62,095 nucleotides of DNA from an uncultured Fibrobacterota bacterium (GCA_964586285.1 CAZPHU010000009.1:1-62095); one strand, 5' to 3'; numbered from the stretch's first letter, positions 49,834 to 60,364 are shown. Translations and numbers: made by a program. Notes: generated by a model not told the origin, from the sequence alone.

Positions 49834-51847
49834 CCAGCCCGAAAGCACCGGGAATAAGCGACCGTTGCTGGTTACAAGTGCTCTCCCATACGCCAATGGT
49901 GATATTCATCTTGGCCATTTGGTAGAGGTGGTACAAACCGATATGTATGTCAGGTTTCGCAAGATGCTTCAGGATCGGGTCTTGTATGTCTGTGCCGATG
50001 ATACTCACGGTACGCCGATAGAGCTGTCCGCCCTTAAACGCAAGATCACTCCGGAGCAGCTGATTGAAGAGGCATGGGAAAACCACGTGCGCGATTACAG
50101 CGCATTTTCTATCGGGTTTGATATTTTTTATTCGACCAATTCACCGGAAAACCGCGAATATGCGGAATTTATTTACAAAAAGTTGCGTGAAAACGGGCTT
50201 ATAGTATCCCGCAAGATATCTCAATACTATTGTGAACACGATAAACGATTCTTACCCGATCGGTTTATCAGCGGGACTTGCCCCAAATGCGGCGCAAGAG
50301 ATCAGTATGGTGATGTATGCGAGTCTTGCGGAGCGACATACGAGACAACCGATCTGGTTTCTCCCGTGTGTATCATCTGCGGAAGTGTCCCACAGATAAA
50401 AGAATCGGAACACTTCTTTGTGAGCCTGGATAAACGTGAGGATTTCCTTCGCGACTTCATCGGGCAGGGCCAAGTCATGCAGGAGGACATGAGCAACTTT
50501 GTGATGCACTGGATAAACGAAGGTCTTCGTGAGTGGTGCATCTCAAGAGACGGACCGTATTTCGGGTTCAAGATTCCCGAAACGGAAAACAAATTTTTCT
50601 ATGTCTGGCTGGATGCGCCTATTGGATACATCTCGTCTACCGCGAAATGGTGTAAAGACAATGGAATGAACGTAGATGAATTTTGGAGCAGGAACAGCTC
50701 CGGCGAAGTTGTTCATTTCATCGGCAAGGATATCGTCTATTTCCACGCATTGTTTTGGCCGGTTATGCTTCAGGCCGCCGAATTTAAACTTCCCTCCCGG
50801 ATTTTTGTCCATGGTTTCCTTACTGTTCAAGGCGAAAAAATGAGCAAATCCCGGGGAACCTTCATCCTCGCCCGCGATTATAGTGAAAAGATAAAGCATC
50901 CTCATGCCTGTGAGTATCTGCGCTTCTATTATGGGGCAAAGCTTTCCAACCATGCAGGAGATATCGATCTGAATTTCGAAGAATTCTGTAATCGTGTAAA
51001 TACGATGCTTGTAAACAACATCGGAAACTTGCATCACCGAACATTCGTATTTATGGACAGGTATTTTCAAAGCACGGTGCCAAATTCCGATTGGGATCAG
51101 ACTATCGAGCAGGAGACCGAGAATGCGGCGGCACTAATAAAGCAGCATTTCAAAAATGTGGAGTTTAAGGCTGCGGTCGAAAAAATTCATGCTCTTGGTA
51201 GTATCGGAAATAAATATTATCAGGACACAAAGCCCTGGGAGCTTGTGAAGAGCGACATGAAGGCGGCCGAAAAAGTCATGGTCACCTGCGCGAATCTGGT
51301 CAAGGCACTTGCGGTTTTTCTCAAGCCGATTGTACCCAATCTGATCAAGCCGGTGGAAGAGCAGTTCGGCAAGGAGTTTACATGGGAGGACTACCATTTT
51401 TCAGTTAAGGGAATGAAACTCGGCAAGACAGAGAAACTGGTACAGCCTATCCAACTTTCTGAATTCGACGAGATCATAAAAGGTATGGTTACATCGCAAG
51501 AGAAGGAAGATACGCAAGAGGTCACACAGATCGAAATCGAAGATTTCGCGAAGGTCTCTCTTAAGGTCGGAACAATTGTCGAAGCCCAGAAAGTCAAGAA
51601 ATCGAATAAGTTGTTGAAGTTGAAGATTGATGACGGGCAAAGGAAACGCCAGATTATCAGCGGAATTGCCCAGCATTATACGCCCGAGCAGCTAATCAAC
51701 AAAGAAGTCGTGTTTGTGGCGAATCTAAAACCTGCCAAGCTTATGGGGGAAGTTTCCGAAGGGATGGTTTTGGCTGCTCAGGATGAAGACAGGTTGGTTT
51801 TGATTCAGCCCTCCGGGGAAATTCAGCCTGGAGCAGAGGTTTCGTGA
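49817..51847 (+). CDS. metG: Methionine--tRNA ligase with C-terminal tRNA-binding domain
   Basis: ALPYANG..HLGH, Zn knuckles, YVWLDAPIGY, KMSKS, C-terminal ANLKPAKLMG. Confidence 0.97.
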   Translation: MKMSFDQPESTGNKRPLLVTSALPYANGDIHLGHLVEVVQTDMYVRFRKMLQDRVLYVCADDTHGTPIELSALKRKITPEQLIEEAWENHVRDYSAFSIGFDIFYSTNSPENREYAEFIYKKLRENGLIVSRKISQYYCEHDKRFLPDRFISGTCPKCGARDQYGDVCESCGATYETTDLVSPVCIICGSVPQIKESEHFFVSLDKREDFLRDFIGQGQVMQEDMSNFVMHWINEGLREWCISRDGPYFGFKIPETENKFFYVWLDAPIGYISSTAKWCKDNGMNVDEFWSRNSSGEVVHFIGKDIVYFHALFWPVMLQAAEFKLPSRIFVHGFLTVQGEKMSKSRGTFILARDYSEKIKHPHACEYLRFYYGAKLSNHAGDIDLNFEEFCNRVNTMLVNNIGNLHHRTFVFMDRYFQSTVPNSDWDQTIEQETENAAALIKQHFKNVEFKAAVEKIHALGSIGNKYYQDTKPWELVKSDMKAAEKVMVTCANLVKALAVFLKPIVPNLIKPVEEQFGKEFTWEDYHFSVKGMKLGKTEKLVQPIQLSEFDEIIKGMVTSQEKEDTQEVTQIEIEDFAKVSLKVGTIVEAQKVKKSNKLLKLKIDDGQRKRQIISGIAQHYTPEQLINKEVVFVANLKPAKLMGEVSEGMVLAAQDEDRLVLIQPSGEIQPGAEVS

Positions 51848-53559
51848 ACGGCGGGGGATTTCCGACCCCGCGTGAAGTGGTAGGGCTTAAATCGGTTGAG
51901 CCCGACCACGTTCAAGACCTGGCCTCACAGCTTAACGTTTCGCCGCTTCTTGCCACCATTCTTGCAGCCAGGGGGCTTCGAACATTTGAGCAATGCCGAC
52001 GATATTTTCGTCCCGACATTTCCCATTTTCATGATCCTTTTCTACTCAAGGGAATGGAGAAAGCTGTCCGTCGAACCGTAGAGGCCGTCCAAAAGGGCGA
52101 GAAAATCACCATTTACGGTGATTATGATGTTGACGGAGTCACATCGACCGTTCTCATGGTGCGGGTAATCCGGGAGTTAGGCGGAACGTGTGATTACTAT
52201 CTGCCCAATCGATTGATTGAGGGGTATGGGGTTTCCGAGGAGGGAATCGATTCCATAGCGGCAACCGGCACGAATCTTATAATAACCGTTGATTGTGGAA
52301 TCACCTCTATCAAACCGGTTGAGCGGGCTAAGAAGCACGGAATCGATATAATCGTAACCGATCACCACTCTCCCCACGAAAACTATCCCGATGCCCTTGC
52401 AGTGATTAACCCCAAAATTTGCGACTACCCCGATCAGGATTTGGCCGGAGTAGGTGTAGCGCTTAAACTCTGTCAGGCGCTGGTAATGTGGATGGGGCGT
52501 GATGAATACATCTGGCTTCGTCATCTGGATATCGTCTCACTGGGTACCGCTGCCGATATAGTTCCTCTGACAAATGAAAACAGGGTAATAGTAAAGCTTG
52601 GTTTTGAGCAGATACAGAAAACCCAGAACATTGGATTACAACATCTGCTTGAGGCGCAGGACATCGCCCATCGAACGATTTCTACCCGGGAAGTAGTATT
52701 TGCGATAGCTCCCTGCATAAATGCCGCGGGCAGGCTGGGTGACCCGTCACGCGGAGTCAAACTGCTGCTCACCCAAAACTGTTCCGAAGCCGCGTTGTAC
52801 GCAAAAGAACTCCTTCAGGCCAACAAAGAGAGGCAGGCATTAGACAAAAGTGTGCAGTCACAGGCAATAAAGTGGGTTTTGGAAAATTGTGACCCTTGTG
52901 ATGATTTCGCGCTTGTGGCGGCCGATCAGAATTGGCACGTAGGTGTAATAGGAATAGCTGCTTCGAAACTGGTGGATCGTTTTTATCGACCAACATTTCT
53001 TTTTTCCATTGGGCGAAATGGGCTGGCTAAAGGGTCGGGGAGAAGTATACCCGGTGTTCATCTATTGGATCTGCTTCACAAGTGCAGTGATTGTTTGGAA
53101 AGTTACGGCGGGCATTCGGCGGCTGCCGGTGCATCGATACGGGCGGAGAATATCGACGAATTTCGTGAGAAATTCCGAAAAGCGGTGAGGGAGTCGTTTG
53201 AGCCGGATCATTTTTACCCAAGGGTAATGGCCGATGCGCAGGTTAATATCGCCTCACTGACACCAAAGTTTTTTGGCATCCTGAAACAGATGGAGCCTTT
53301 TGGGCCTGGTAATATGAGACCGGTGCTGTTATGTAGTGAGTTGTCACACCGGTTTGATCCCAAGATCGTCGGGAAAAACCACCTGAAAATGACAGTGACC
53401 GGTCAGGGGGTTGTTATGGATGCCATCGCGTTTAATTTCGGAGATCGTTTTTCCGAGATTCGGGGGGCGGATAAGTTTTCACTCGCCTTTTCACTCGATC
53501 AGAACGACTGGCAGGGAAAGTTGCGTTTGCAGATGAAAGTCAAAGGAATTGCAGTATGA
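51844..53559 (+). CDS. recJ: Single-stranded-DNA exonuclease RecJ
   Basis: YGDYDVDG, TVDCG, TDHH, INAAGRL, GSGRS, GGH, EPFGPGN. Confidence 0.95.
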   Translation: MNGGGFPTPREVVGLKSVEPDHVQDLASQLNVSPLLATILAARGLRTFEQCRRYFRPDISHFHDPFLLKGMEKAVRRTVEAVQKGEKITIYGDYDVDGVTSTVLMVRVIRELGGTCDYYLPNRLIEGYGVSEEGIDSIAATGTNLIITVDCGITSIKPVERAKKHGIDIIVTDHHSPHENYPDALAVINPKICDYPDQDLAGVGVALKLCQALVMWMGRDEYIWLRHLDIVSLGTAADIVPLTNENRVIVKLGFEQIQKTQNIGLQHLLEAQDIAHRTISTREVVFAIAPCINAAGRLGDPSRGVKLLLTQNCSEAALYAKELLQANKERQALDKSVQSQAIKWVLENCDPCDDFALVAADQNWHVGVIGIAASKLVDRFYRPTFLFSIGRNGLAKGSGRSIPGVHLLDLLHKCSDCLESYGGHSAAAGASIRAENIDEFREKFRKAVRESFEPDHFYPRVMADAQVNIASLTPKFFGILKQMEPFGPGNMRPVLLCSELSHRFDPKIVGKNHLKMTVTGQGVVMDAIAFNFGDRFSEIRGADKFSLAFSLDQNDWQGKLRLQMKVKGIAV

Positions 53560-54932
53560 AGATGTGGGATGGAAGGTTTTCGAAACCGGTAGATGCATTG
53601 ATGGATGAATTCAACCGCTCACTACCGATTGATCGGGTGTTTGTTCGGGAAGATATCCAAGGAAGTATTGCCTGGGCCAATGCGCTTCATAAAGCGGGGG
53701 TCATCTCATCTGATGACCGGGAGAAGATGGTAACGGGACTCAAAACGCTTCTTAAGAAAGCTGAAAATGATGAGCTTGAGTTTCTTTACTCGGATGAAGA
53801 TATTCATATGGCGATCGAGAGACTGCTCGTGGAGGAGATTGGCGAGGCCGGTTCCCGGCTTCATTCCGGAAGATCCCGAAACGATCAGGTCGCAACCGAT
53901 TTTCGTCTCTATACAATGCGTGCTCTCAAGGCTACCGAAGAGAAGTTGAGTTATCTGCAGCAGGTCCTCTACGATCGTGCACAGACGGATAAAGAGGTGA
54001 TCGTTCCAGGCTACACTCACCTGCAGCAGGCTCAGCCTGTAAGCCTGGCTCACTACTGGCTGTCATTTTTCTTTTGTCTGGAGCGTGAGAAGTCCCGACT
54101 TCGGCATGCGGTCCAAACCGCCGATCGCCTGCCGCTGGGATCGGGAGCGGTAGCGGGCAGCGGATTTGTGGTCGATCGTCATGCCATAGCCCGTGAACTT
54201 GGATTCAGCCGTGTGATGGAAAACAGTATGGATGGAGTGGCGTCGCGCGATTTTGTGCTGGAATCCTTAAGCGCGCTGGCTTCCCTGGCTATTCACATCA
54301 GCCGCTATGCCGAGGAGCTTATAATCTGGTCCTCGCGGGAATTTGGGTTCGTTGAGTTGGATGATGCCTGGTCGACAGGCTCGAGCATGATGCCTCAGAA
54401 GAAAAATCCCGATTCGCTTGAGTTAATACGGGGCAAATGCGGTCGATTCATCGGAAACTACACTCGTTTTGCTGCTACCCTGAAAGGCATAGGTCTTACC
54501 TATTACAAGGATCTCCAGGAAGATAAAGAGCCGCTTCTGGACAGTCTGGTTCAGATTGATCTGATTGTTCGTGTATTTGCTGAGGTAATCAAAACGATTC
54601 AGGTCAAAGGGGAGAGCATTCGGGCCAAACTTGATCCGTTTCTGCTGGCTACCGATGTCGCGGATTATCTGGTTCGTAAAGGAATCCCATTTAGAAATGC
54701 ACATAAGATTGTTGGAAAGCTGGTCGGCTGGTGTGTTGAAAATGATCGCGAGCTGACCTCTTTATCGGTAAAGGAACTTAAAGAGTTTGACGGTGCATTC
54801 CAAGACGATGTTCTGAAGCTGTTCGACTGGCAGACTGCTCTTGCAGGCAGGGATATTGAGGGGGGCACCGGGCCGCGAAGTATAGATGGGCAAATGGAAA
54901 AGGCTCAAAATGTTTTAAAGGGTTTGATTTAG
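53556..54932 (+). CDS. argH: Argininosuccinate lyase
   Basis: MWDGRF, GRSRNDQVATD, PGYTHLQ, GSSMMPQKKNPD. Confidence 0.97.
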   Translation: MKMWDGRFSKPVDALMDEFNRSLPIDRVFVREDIQGSIAWANALHKAGVISSDDREKMVTGLKTLLKKAENDELEFLYSDEDIHMAIERLLVEEIGEAGSRLHSGRSRNDQVATDFRLYTMRALKATEEKLSYLQQVLYDRAQTDKEVIVPGYTHLQQAQPVSLAHYWLSFFFCLEREKSRLRHAVQTADRLPLGSGAVAGSGFVVDRHAIARELGFSRVMENSMDGVASRDFVLESLSALASLAIHISRYAEELIIWSSREFGFVELDDAWSTGSSMMPQKKNPDSLELIRGKCGRFIGNYTRFAATLKGIGLTYYKDLQEDKEPLLDSLVQIDLIVRVFAEVIKTIQVKGESIRAKLDPFLLATDVADYLVRKGIPFRNAHKIVGKLVGWCVENDRELTSLSVKELKEFDGAFQDDVLKLFDWQTALAGRDIEGGTGPRSIDGQMEKAQNVLKGLI

Positions 54933-55052
54933 TAATCTTCAGATCGCCATGTTTGTTTGCTCATCTGCATCTGTTAGAATGAATCCATCGACATGTTTTT
55001 TGGCTGTTGAAATATGCGATTCGTAAACAGATACTGAAAGAATTCAAAAATT

Positions 55053-56666
55053 ATGACAATGCCGGAAAAAGAAGACCGCTTCACGGTTAGATATCAGGTT
55101 ACGGTTCGCGAGGGTGGTAAGATCGAGCAAATAGCGCGTGATATAGCGGTGGAGCAAACGGTCGAAATCCCTTTTGACTGCATTCCGGATGAGCATATCA
55201 GACGGGGAATCATCGGTAAAATCGAATATATCCGGCAGTTAAAGCAGGATAAACCACGATATGAAGTCCATATCAGCTATCCGTCGGCTGTGACCGGCCG
55301 GGAAGTTCCCCAGTTTCTGAATGTACTGTTTGGTAACATCTCACTCAAATCCAACATACAGATAAAAGATTTCTCCTATCCGCACGATCCGCGTCTGTTT
55401 CCCGGTCCAACCTCCGGTATTCCCGGTATAAGGAAGCGTTTAGGGGTGTACAGTCGTCCCCTGACCTGCACTGCATTAAAACCCCTTGGTCTTTCCACCG
55501 AAGAACTTGCCCGGCTGGCAGGAGAATTTGCGGCGGGAGGAGTCGATTTCATAAAGGACGACCACGGGCTCTCCGATCAGCAGTACCATCCGTTCAGGGA
55601 GCGGGTAGCGCGATGTCAGGAAGCGGTGACACGGGGCAATGCACTAAATGGCGGCAATACGATTTACAGTCCTATGGTATCGGGAAGCTTCGATCGGATA
55701 ATGCAGCAGGTGGAGTACGCACTGTCGTGTGGTGTGCGGGCGATTCTTATGGCCCCTATGCTTGTCGGTATGGATACCGTGCGGTATGTAGCTCAAACAT
55801 ATGGTCCAATCATTCTGGCTCATCCGTCGTTTACCGGTACTCATTTTCATGATCGAGATCACGGTATGACACCGGCGGTACTGCTTGGAAAGCTTTTCCG
55901 ACTGATAGGGGCGGATGTTTCAATATTTCCTAATGCCGGTGGGCGTTTTGGATTTACGCAAGAGGACTGTGCCCGTTTGGCTTCTGCGCTTCGGGGGCCA
56001 ATGCACAATGTCAAACCGGCATTTCCATGTCCGGCCGGTGGTATGCAGCTAAAAAAAATTGATTCGATTATCCAACAATTTGGGCCCGATACGATGCTGT
56101 TGATTGGAGGATCCATCCTGCAGCATCCCCATGGGGTTATAGAAGGCACCAAGGCGTTTGTGGATGCCGTAAGCCGGTTGTTTCCCGAAGAGGCAACCGC
56201 AGATACGCAAAGCAATATGTGGCAGGCGCCCTCAGCCTGCGAACTGCCCGCCGCTGGAATAAACCAAAACAAGCATGTCTCAGAGCTGTTGCGTAACGAT
56301 TCTTTTCGCTGGAGCGACCGGTCGGTTGATTTGTATAAAACGGACACTACGGTGAATTTCAAAGGAATAAGCCGGCAGAATTTATTCGGCATATTTGGCG
56401 AAAAAACCTCTTTCGAACTACGCTATTTTGAAATCGAGCCGGGAGGATATTCCAGTCTGGAGCGCCATGCCCACGAGCATGTCATTATTGGAGCGCGCGG
56501 TGAGGGCATCATAAGAAAAGGCGACAACGATTACACCGTCAGTGTGCATGATATAGCGTATGTAAAGCCCCACGAAGTTCACCAGCTTCGAAACAACACC
56601 GAACAACCTTTCGGGTTTTACTGTATCGTTGACCGTACCAGAGACCGGCCGGTAGCCCTGGATTGA
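55053..56666 (+). CDS. Fusion: form IV RuBisCO-like protein (KDDH type) plus C-terminal cupin (MTXu-5P methylsulfurylase-like)
   Basis: EQTVE, LFGNISL, ALKPLGL, GGVDFIKDDHGL, AHPSF, FPNAGGRF, PAGGM; then RYFEIEPGGYSSLERHAHEH...HQLRN...GFYCIVDRTRDRP. Confidence 0.88.
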   Translation: MTMPEKEDRFTVRYQVTVREGGKIEQIARDIAVEQTVEIPFDCIPDEHIRRGIIGKIEYIRQLKQDKPRYEVHISYPSAVTGREVPQFLNVLFGNISLKSNIQIKDFSYPHDPRLFPGPTSGIPGIRKRLGVYSRPLTCTALKPLGLSTEELARLAGEFAAGGVDFIKDDHGLSDQQYHPFRERVARCQEAVTRGNALNGGNTIYSPMVSGSFDRIMQQVEYALSCGVRAILMAPMLVGMDTVRYVAQTYGPIILAHPSFTGTHFHDRDHGMTPAVLLGKLFRLIGADVSIFPNAGGRFGFTQEDCARLASALRGPMHNVKPAFPCPAGGMQLKKIDSIIQQFGPDTMLLIGGSILQHPHGVIEGTKAFVDAVSRLFPEEATADTQSNMWQAPSACELPAAGINQNKHVSELLRNDSFRWSDRSVDLYKTDTTVNFKGISRQNLFGIFGEKTSFELRYFEIEPGGYSSLERHAHEHVIIGARGEGIIRKGDNDYTVSVHDIAYVKPHEVHQLRNNTEQPFGFYCIVDRTRDRPVALD

Positions 56667-56897
56667 ACGGTATAACTTTTTTTTCGGCTTACCTATTACT
56701 TTACTTTATCGCATCGCATCGCATTGCATCCCGTGCTACACTGATCCTGCTTACAAAAGAATTGTGCCGGTATCAAGGACTACTCAGAATCTGTTCAGAG
56801 AAACCACAACTGGTCCTGCTGTTGAAGCTATTTCGACTTTCGTTTACAGCCACACTATTTAACTGCTTGTTTCTATGTTTCTTTTATGTATCTTCTC

Positions 56898-59255
56898 TTA
56901 TCCCCAAAACTTGCTTAATGTCTTGGAAATTGCATCACTCTCGTTCACGTATCCAATCTTCCATTCGGGAGGCAGCAGCGTGGAGTAAGGAGTACGTGTG
57001 AAGCGTTTGTCAATTAGAAGAATCATTCCTCTATCTGTTTCCGAGCGTATAACTCTACCTGCGGCCTGCAATACTTTGTTTATTCCCGGATAAACATACG
57101 CGAAATCGAAGCCGGGTTTCCCGCTTTTATGGAAGTGATCTTTAATCAGCTCACGTTCCTCATGTATCTGTGGAAGCCCCACTCCAACTATGACCACACC
57201 GACCAGCTTGTCACCAACCAAATCTATCCCTTCGCCGAAAACTCCTCCCATGACCGCCAGCCCCAGAAGCGTCTCCGAGTTCTCTTCCGTGAAATTCTCA
57301 AGAAACGCACGGCGCTCGTTTTCGTCCATCGACGGGGTTTGAGTTACCAGATGGAGTTCTGAGTGAAAATCACTAAGATATTTCTCCACCAATTGGAGGT
57401 AGGCATAAGAGGGGAAGAAAACCAGGTAATTACCTCTTTTTTGTTCTATGGCAGCCGAAATCATTTGGGCGATTTGGGGAGCGGTATCTGTCCTATCCTT
57501 ATAGTAGGTGGATACGGAGGAGCCGATGAGCACATTAAGATTTTCCGGGGGAAAAGGGGAGCCGATTCGAAGCAGTTTCGCATCGCGGCAGCCTCCCAAA
57601 ATATCCCGAAAGTAGCCGGGAGGGGAGAGGGTCGCGGAGAAAAAGACCGACGCGTTGGCCCGCTTGAGAGCCATTCTGAGCAAAAGGGATGGATCGAGGC
57701 AGAAAAGCTTGACGATAAGATTCTTCTTATGTCGTGTTATAGTGGTGCGGTAATGTTTGCCGTAATTTTCTTCTATGCGCAGAAAAGAGAGTGTCTCGAA
57801 GTAAAGTTCCAGAAGCTCTTCCCGGGCGGGGTGTTTTTCATTGCGTGCAAGCCTTTTTTGCGCCGCGGTAGCAAATGCGCCCAGATTATGAAGCAGCGCC
57901 GGAGGAGGTTGCTCCTCAGTCCGGAAGTGCCCGCCCTCCATTGAGCCGTCAATCTCCCGAAGAAGGTTGAGAAGCCTTGTGAGGGCGCGTTTGATCTCAG
58001 GCATGCCGCGTCTGATTTTCTTCCTTAGAGCCCCATAGCGCTGCGAGACACATTCCGCGGAAAACATCTCCCGTGCCCTGTCGACAAGATTGTGAGCTTC
58101 ATCGATAAGAAAAACATATCGCTCATCCTCTTCGTCGAAAAAACGTCTGAGATAGACGCTCGGATCAAACACATAGTTATAGTCGCAGATGATGCAGTCA
58201 CACCACAGCGCAACATCGAGGCTTAGTTCGAAAGGACATACACAATGGGTTTGAGCAATCCGCTCGATTTCTTCTCTGTCAATGTTTTGTATTTCAAACG
58301 TCTCAGTCAGTGCACCGCTCAGACGATCGTAGTATCCTTTACAGTAGGGACAATCATCCGGATCACAGGACCTTACGGGAAGAAGGCAGATCTTGTCTTT
58401 GGCTGTAATACAAACCGATCTGATTCGCAGCCCTTTGCGACGCATCAGCTCAAGCGCATCGCGGGCTGCTGTGGCGGTGACACCCTTGGCGGTGAGATAG
58501 AAGATTTTTGCCGCAGCATCTTCTCCCATCGCTTTTATGGAAGGAAAAAGGGTGGCAATAGTCTTACCGGTGCCGGTTGGGGCCTGGGCGAAAACCTGCC
58601 TGCCGTTTTTTACCGCCCGATATACCGCCCCCGCAAACTCTCGCTGCCGCGGCCTGAATTGACCGAACGGGAAAGAAAGCTCGGTAATGGATTGGTTGCG
58701 TACCTCTTTCCACTCACGGGCGATGCGGGCCAGACGCAAATACCGCTGTGCGGCCTCGGTGAAAAACTTTTCAAGCTCCTCCCGCCTCTGCGTGCGATCA
58801 AACGATCGGATTTCAAGCGTGTCGAGATGGGCATAGGTGATTCGAATGGTAATCAGGGGAAGATCGTGTTCGCGGGCATACATATAGGCGTAGCAGCGTG
58901 CCTGTGCCCAGTACATCGGATTGTCCCATTCGCCGAGGGCATCCAGCGGAGTGAGAACCGTCTTGATCTCTTGGACAACCGGTGGATCCTCCGAGCCGAT
59001 TATCCCGTCGATTCTCCCTCCCACACGAAGCTTGAGTGGATTTTGCCCCTTTCCCGGGGCCGCTTCTTCCACATCCGCAGATACCGCCACCTCCGCCTCG
59101 TAGCCTTCCCCATACGATTTCTGGATCTTTTGGTGAGCCTTTATCGCCCGCACCGTGCGATCGGGCGGGGAAAAGAGGCTTGAAGCGTGCAGATCACCGG
59201 AGGCACAGGTGACTGCCACAAGTTTCAAAACCGAGATTCGTATTGGATCCGACAT
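56898..59255 (-). CDS. DinG/XPD (Rad3-related) Fe-S helicase with N-terminal PD-(D/E)XK nuclease-like domain
   Basis: GRIDG...EIKT nuclease motif; QAPTGTGKT, four Cys (KIC...C...CPY...CPFE), DEAH, SATL, FPSY, QAAGRVIR. Confidence 0.9.
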   Translation of the reverse strand: MSDPIRISVLKLVAVTCASGDLHASSLFSPPDRTVRAIKAHQKIQKSYGEGYEAEVAVSADVEEAAPGKGQNPLKLRVGGRIDGIIGSEDPPVVQEIKTVLTPLDALGEWDNPMYWAQARCYAYMYAREHDLPLITIRITYAHLDTLEIRSFDRTQRREELEKFFTEAAQRYLRLARIAREWKEVRNQSITELSFPFGQFRPRQREFAGAVYRAVKNGRQVFAQAPTGTGKTIATLFPSIKAMGEDAAAKIFYLTAKGVTATAARDALELMRRKGLRIRSVCITAKDKICLLPVRSCDPDDCPYCKGYYDRLSGALTETFEIQNIDREEIERIAQTHCVCPFELSLDVALWCDCIICDYNYVFDPSVYLRRFFDEEDERYVFLIDEAHNLVDRAREMFSAECVSQRYGALRKKIRRGMPEIKRALTRLLNLLREIDGSMEGGHFRTEEQPPPALLHNLGAFATAAQKRLARNEKHPAREELLELYFETLSFLRIEENYGKHYRTTITRHKKNLIVKLFCLDPSLLLRMALKRANASVFFSATLSPPGYFRDILGGCRDAKLLRIGSPFPPENLNVLIGSSVSTYYKDRTDTAPQIAQMISAAIEQKRGNYLVFFPSYAYLQLVEKYLSDFHSELHLVTQTPSMDENERRAFLENFTEENSETLLGLAVMGGVFGEGIDLVGDKLVGVVIVGVGLPQIHEERELIKDHFHKSGKPGFDFAYVYPGINKVLQAAGRVIRSETDRGMILLIDKRFTRTPYSTLLPPEWKIGYVNESDAISKTLSKFWG

Positions 59256-59476
59256 ATCGAATATATTACCATAGGCGGTGGGAGGCGGCGACCTGAAAAA
59301 CTAATTCATGCCTCTGGATAAATCACATTCGACTCTTTGCTCTACCGGCAGCATTCTTCTCGTCTCTCGTCATAATACGCATCCAAAACCATAAAAAAAA
59401 GCATATAAATCTTCTGTCTTCAGTAGCCAAAAAGGGCAGAAAGGTTTTTCTTACTACTAATCTAATCCTTTGGCTT

Positions 59477-60145
59477 TTATCCCATCCATCTAAGCAAGAA
59501 ACCTTCGATTCTATCTCTGACCACCTCGCGTGCATCGTACCTGTTGAATCCCTGCATCATTAGATCATCGTAAGGAGTTTCAGTGTGCCGAATGTGCGCG
59601 CGGACCGCGAGCGTGACAGCTTTCTTATCAAGCTCTTTTGCAGCGGCGCTCCGTCCGACCCGGCCGCTGTATTTAAGGCAGGCGTGCTGAGCGATTTTTT
59701 CTTCTCGCCCAAAAGGGCAGTGGGGATAAAGCTCACGAATACGTTTACTGAATTGTTGGATGAATTCTCTGTCCAGCTCAGCTCGCTTAACGGATGCTTT
59801 TTCTCGTCTTTGTTCGCGCTTATCCGCATCGGCCTCACACTCCTTTTCCGCCCGATTTACCGCCTGCTCTTCTACAAGGAGGCCCTGACGTTCATAGCGC
59901 TTGCGCCTGCGGCTCCATTTCAGCACAACCGCAAACAGACGTGAGTGTTTTTTGGCCCTACGGGTAAGCGCGGCATCACCGGAGGGAAGAAACATAAGAT
60001 GGTCCAGATCCGCGCACTCCAGACACACGGCTTTTTTATCACCCTGAAGGGTTATCCAGGCGCTGCTGCCCAAATCCTCCTTACATTCATCACATGTGGT
60101 TTCTTTACTGGAAATAAATACCTTCAAATCATCAGTTTTCGGCAC
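59477..60145 (-). CDS. DUF2293-domain protein
   Basis: CDEC...CLECADL, GDAALTRRA, RYERQG, SGRVGRS, AHIRHTETPYD; GTG start. Confidence 0.8.
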   Translation of the reverse strand: MPKTDDLKVFISSKETTCDECKEDLGSSAWITLQGDKKAVCLECADLDHLMFLPSGDAALTRRAKKHSRLFAVVLKWSRRRKRYERQGLLVEEQAVNRAEKECEADADKREQRREKASVKRAELDREFIQQFSKRIRELYPHCPFGREEKIAQHACLKYSGRVGRSAAAKELDKKAVTLAVRAHIRHTETPYDDLMMQGFNRYDAREVVRDRIEGFLLRWMG

Positions 60146-60364
60146 TCAGATGATCTCCTTTGTTGTGGGTATTGCAAAAGTAAAATAACAGCCCAGCTTT
60201 CCAGATTCAATATAAGTTTCAGCAAAACCGAACATAAGTTCCGAAATGATAGATTTCTGATAGTTTATTTGTACCCGACACACAAGTTGTTGCATTTCTG
60301 TGCATTAGTTACACCGCTTTTTTGAATCGGTTGCCTGCAAAATCTATTGTAGCGCCTTTTTCAT

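Noticed and set aside
55053-56200. True carboxylating RuBisCO / Calvin cycle together with the PRK-like domain
   Set aside because: KDDH instead of KDDE, and non-RuBisCO loop motifs, mark form IV; there are no cbb genes and the PRK-like gene is 43 kb away.
58245-59183. 312-aa antisense ORF (likewise 11051..11815, 31599..32261, 41702..42394)
   Set aside because: They lie opposite well-supported genes and show no recognisable motifs; shadow ORFs.
56898-59255. CRISPR-associated Cas4/CasDinG
   Set aside because: No cas genes or repeat-spacer array anywhere in the window.
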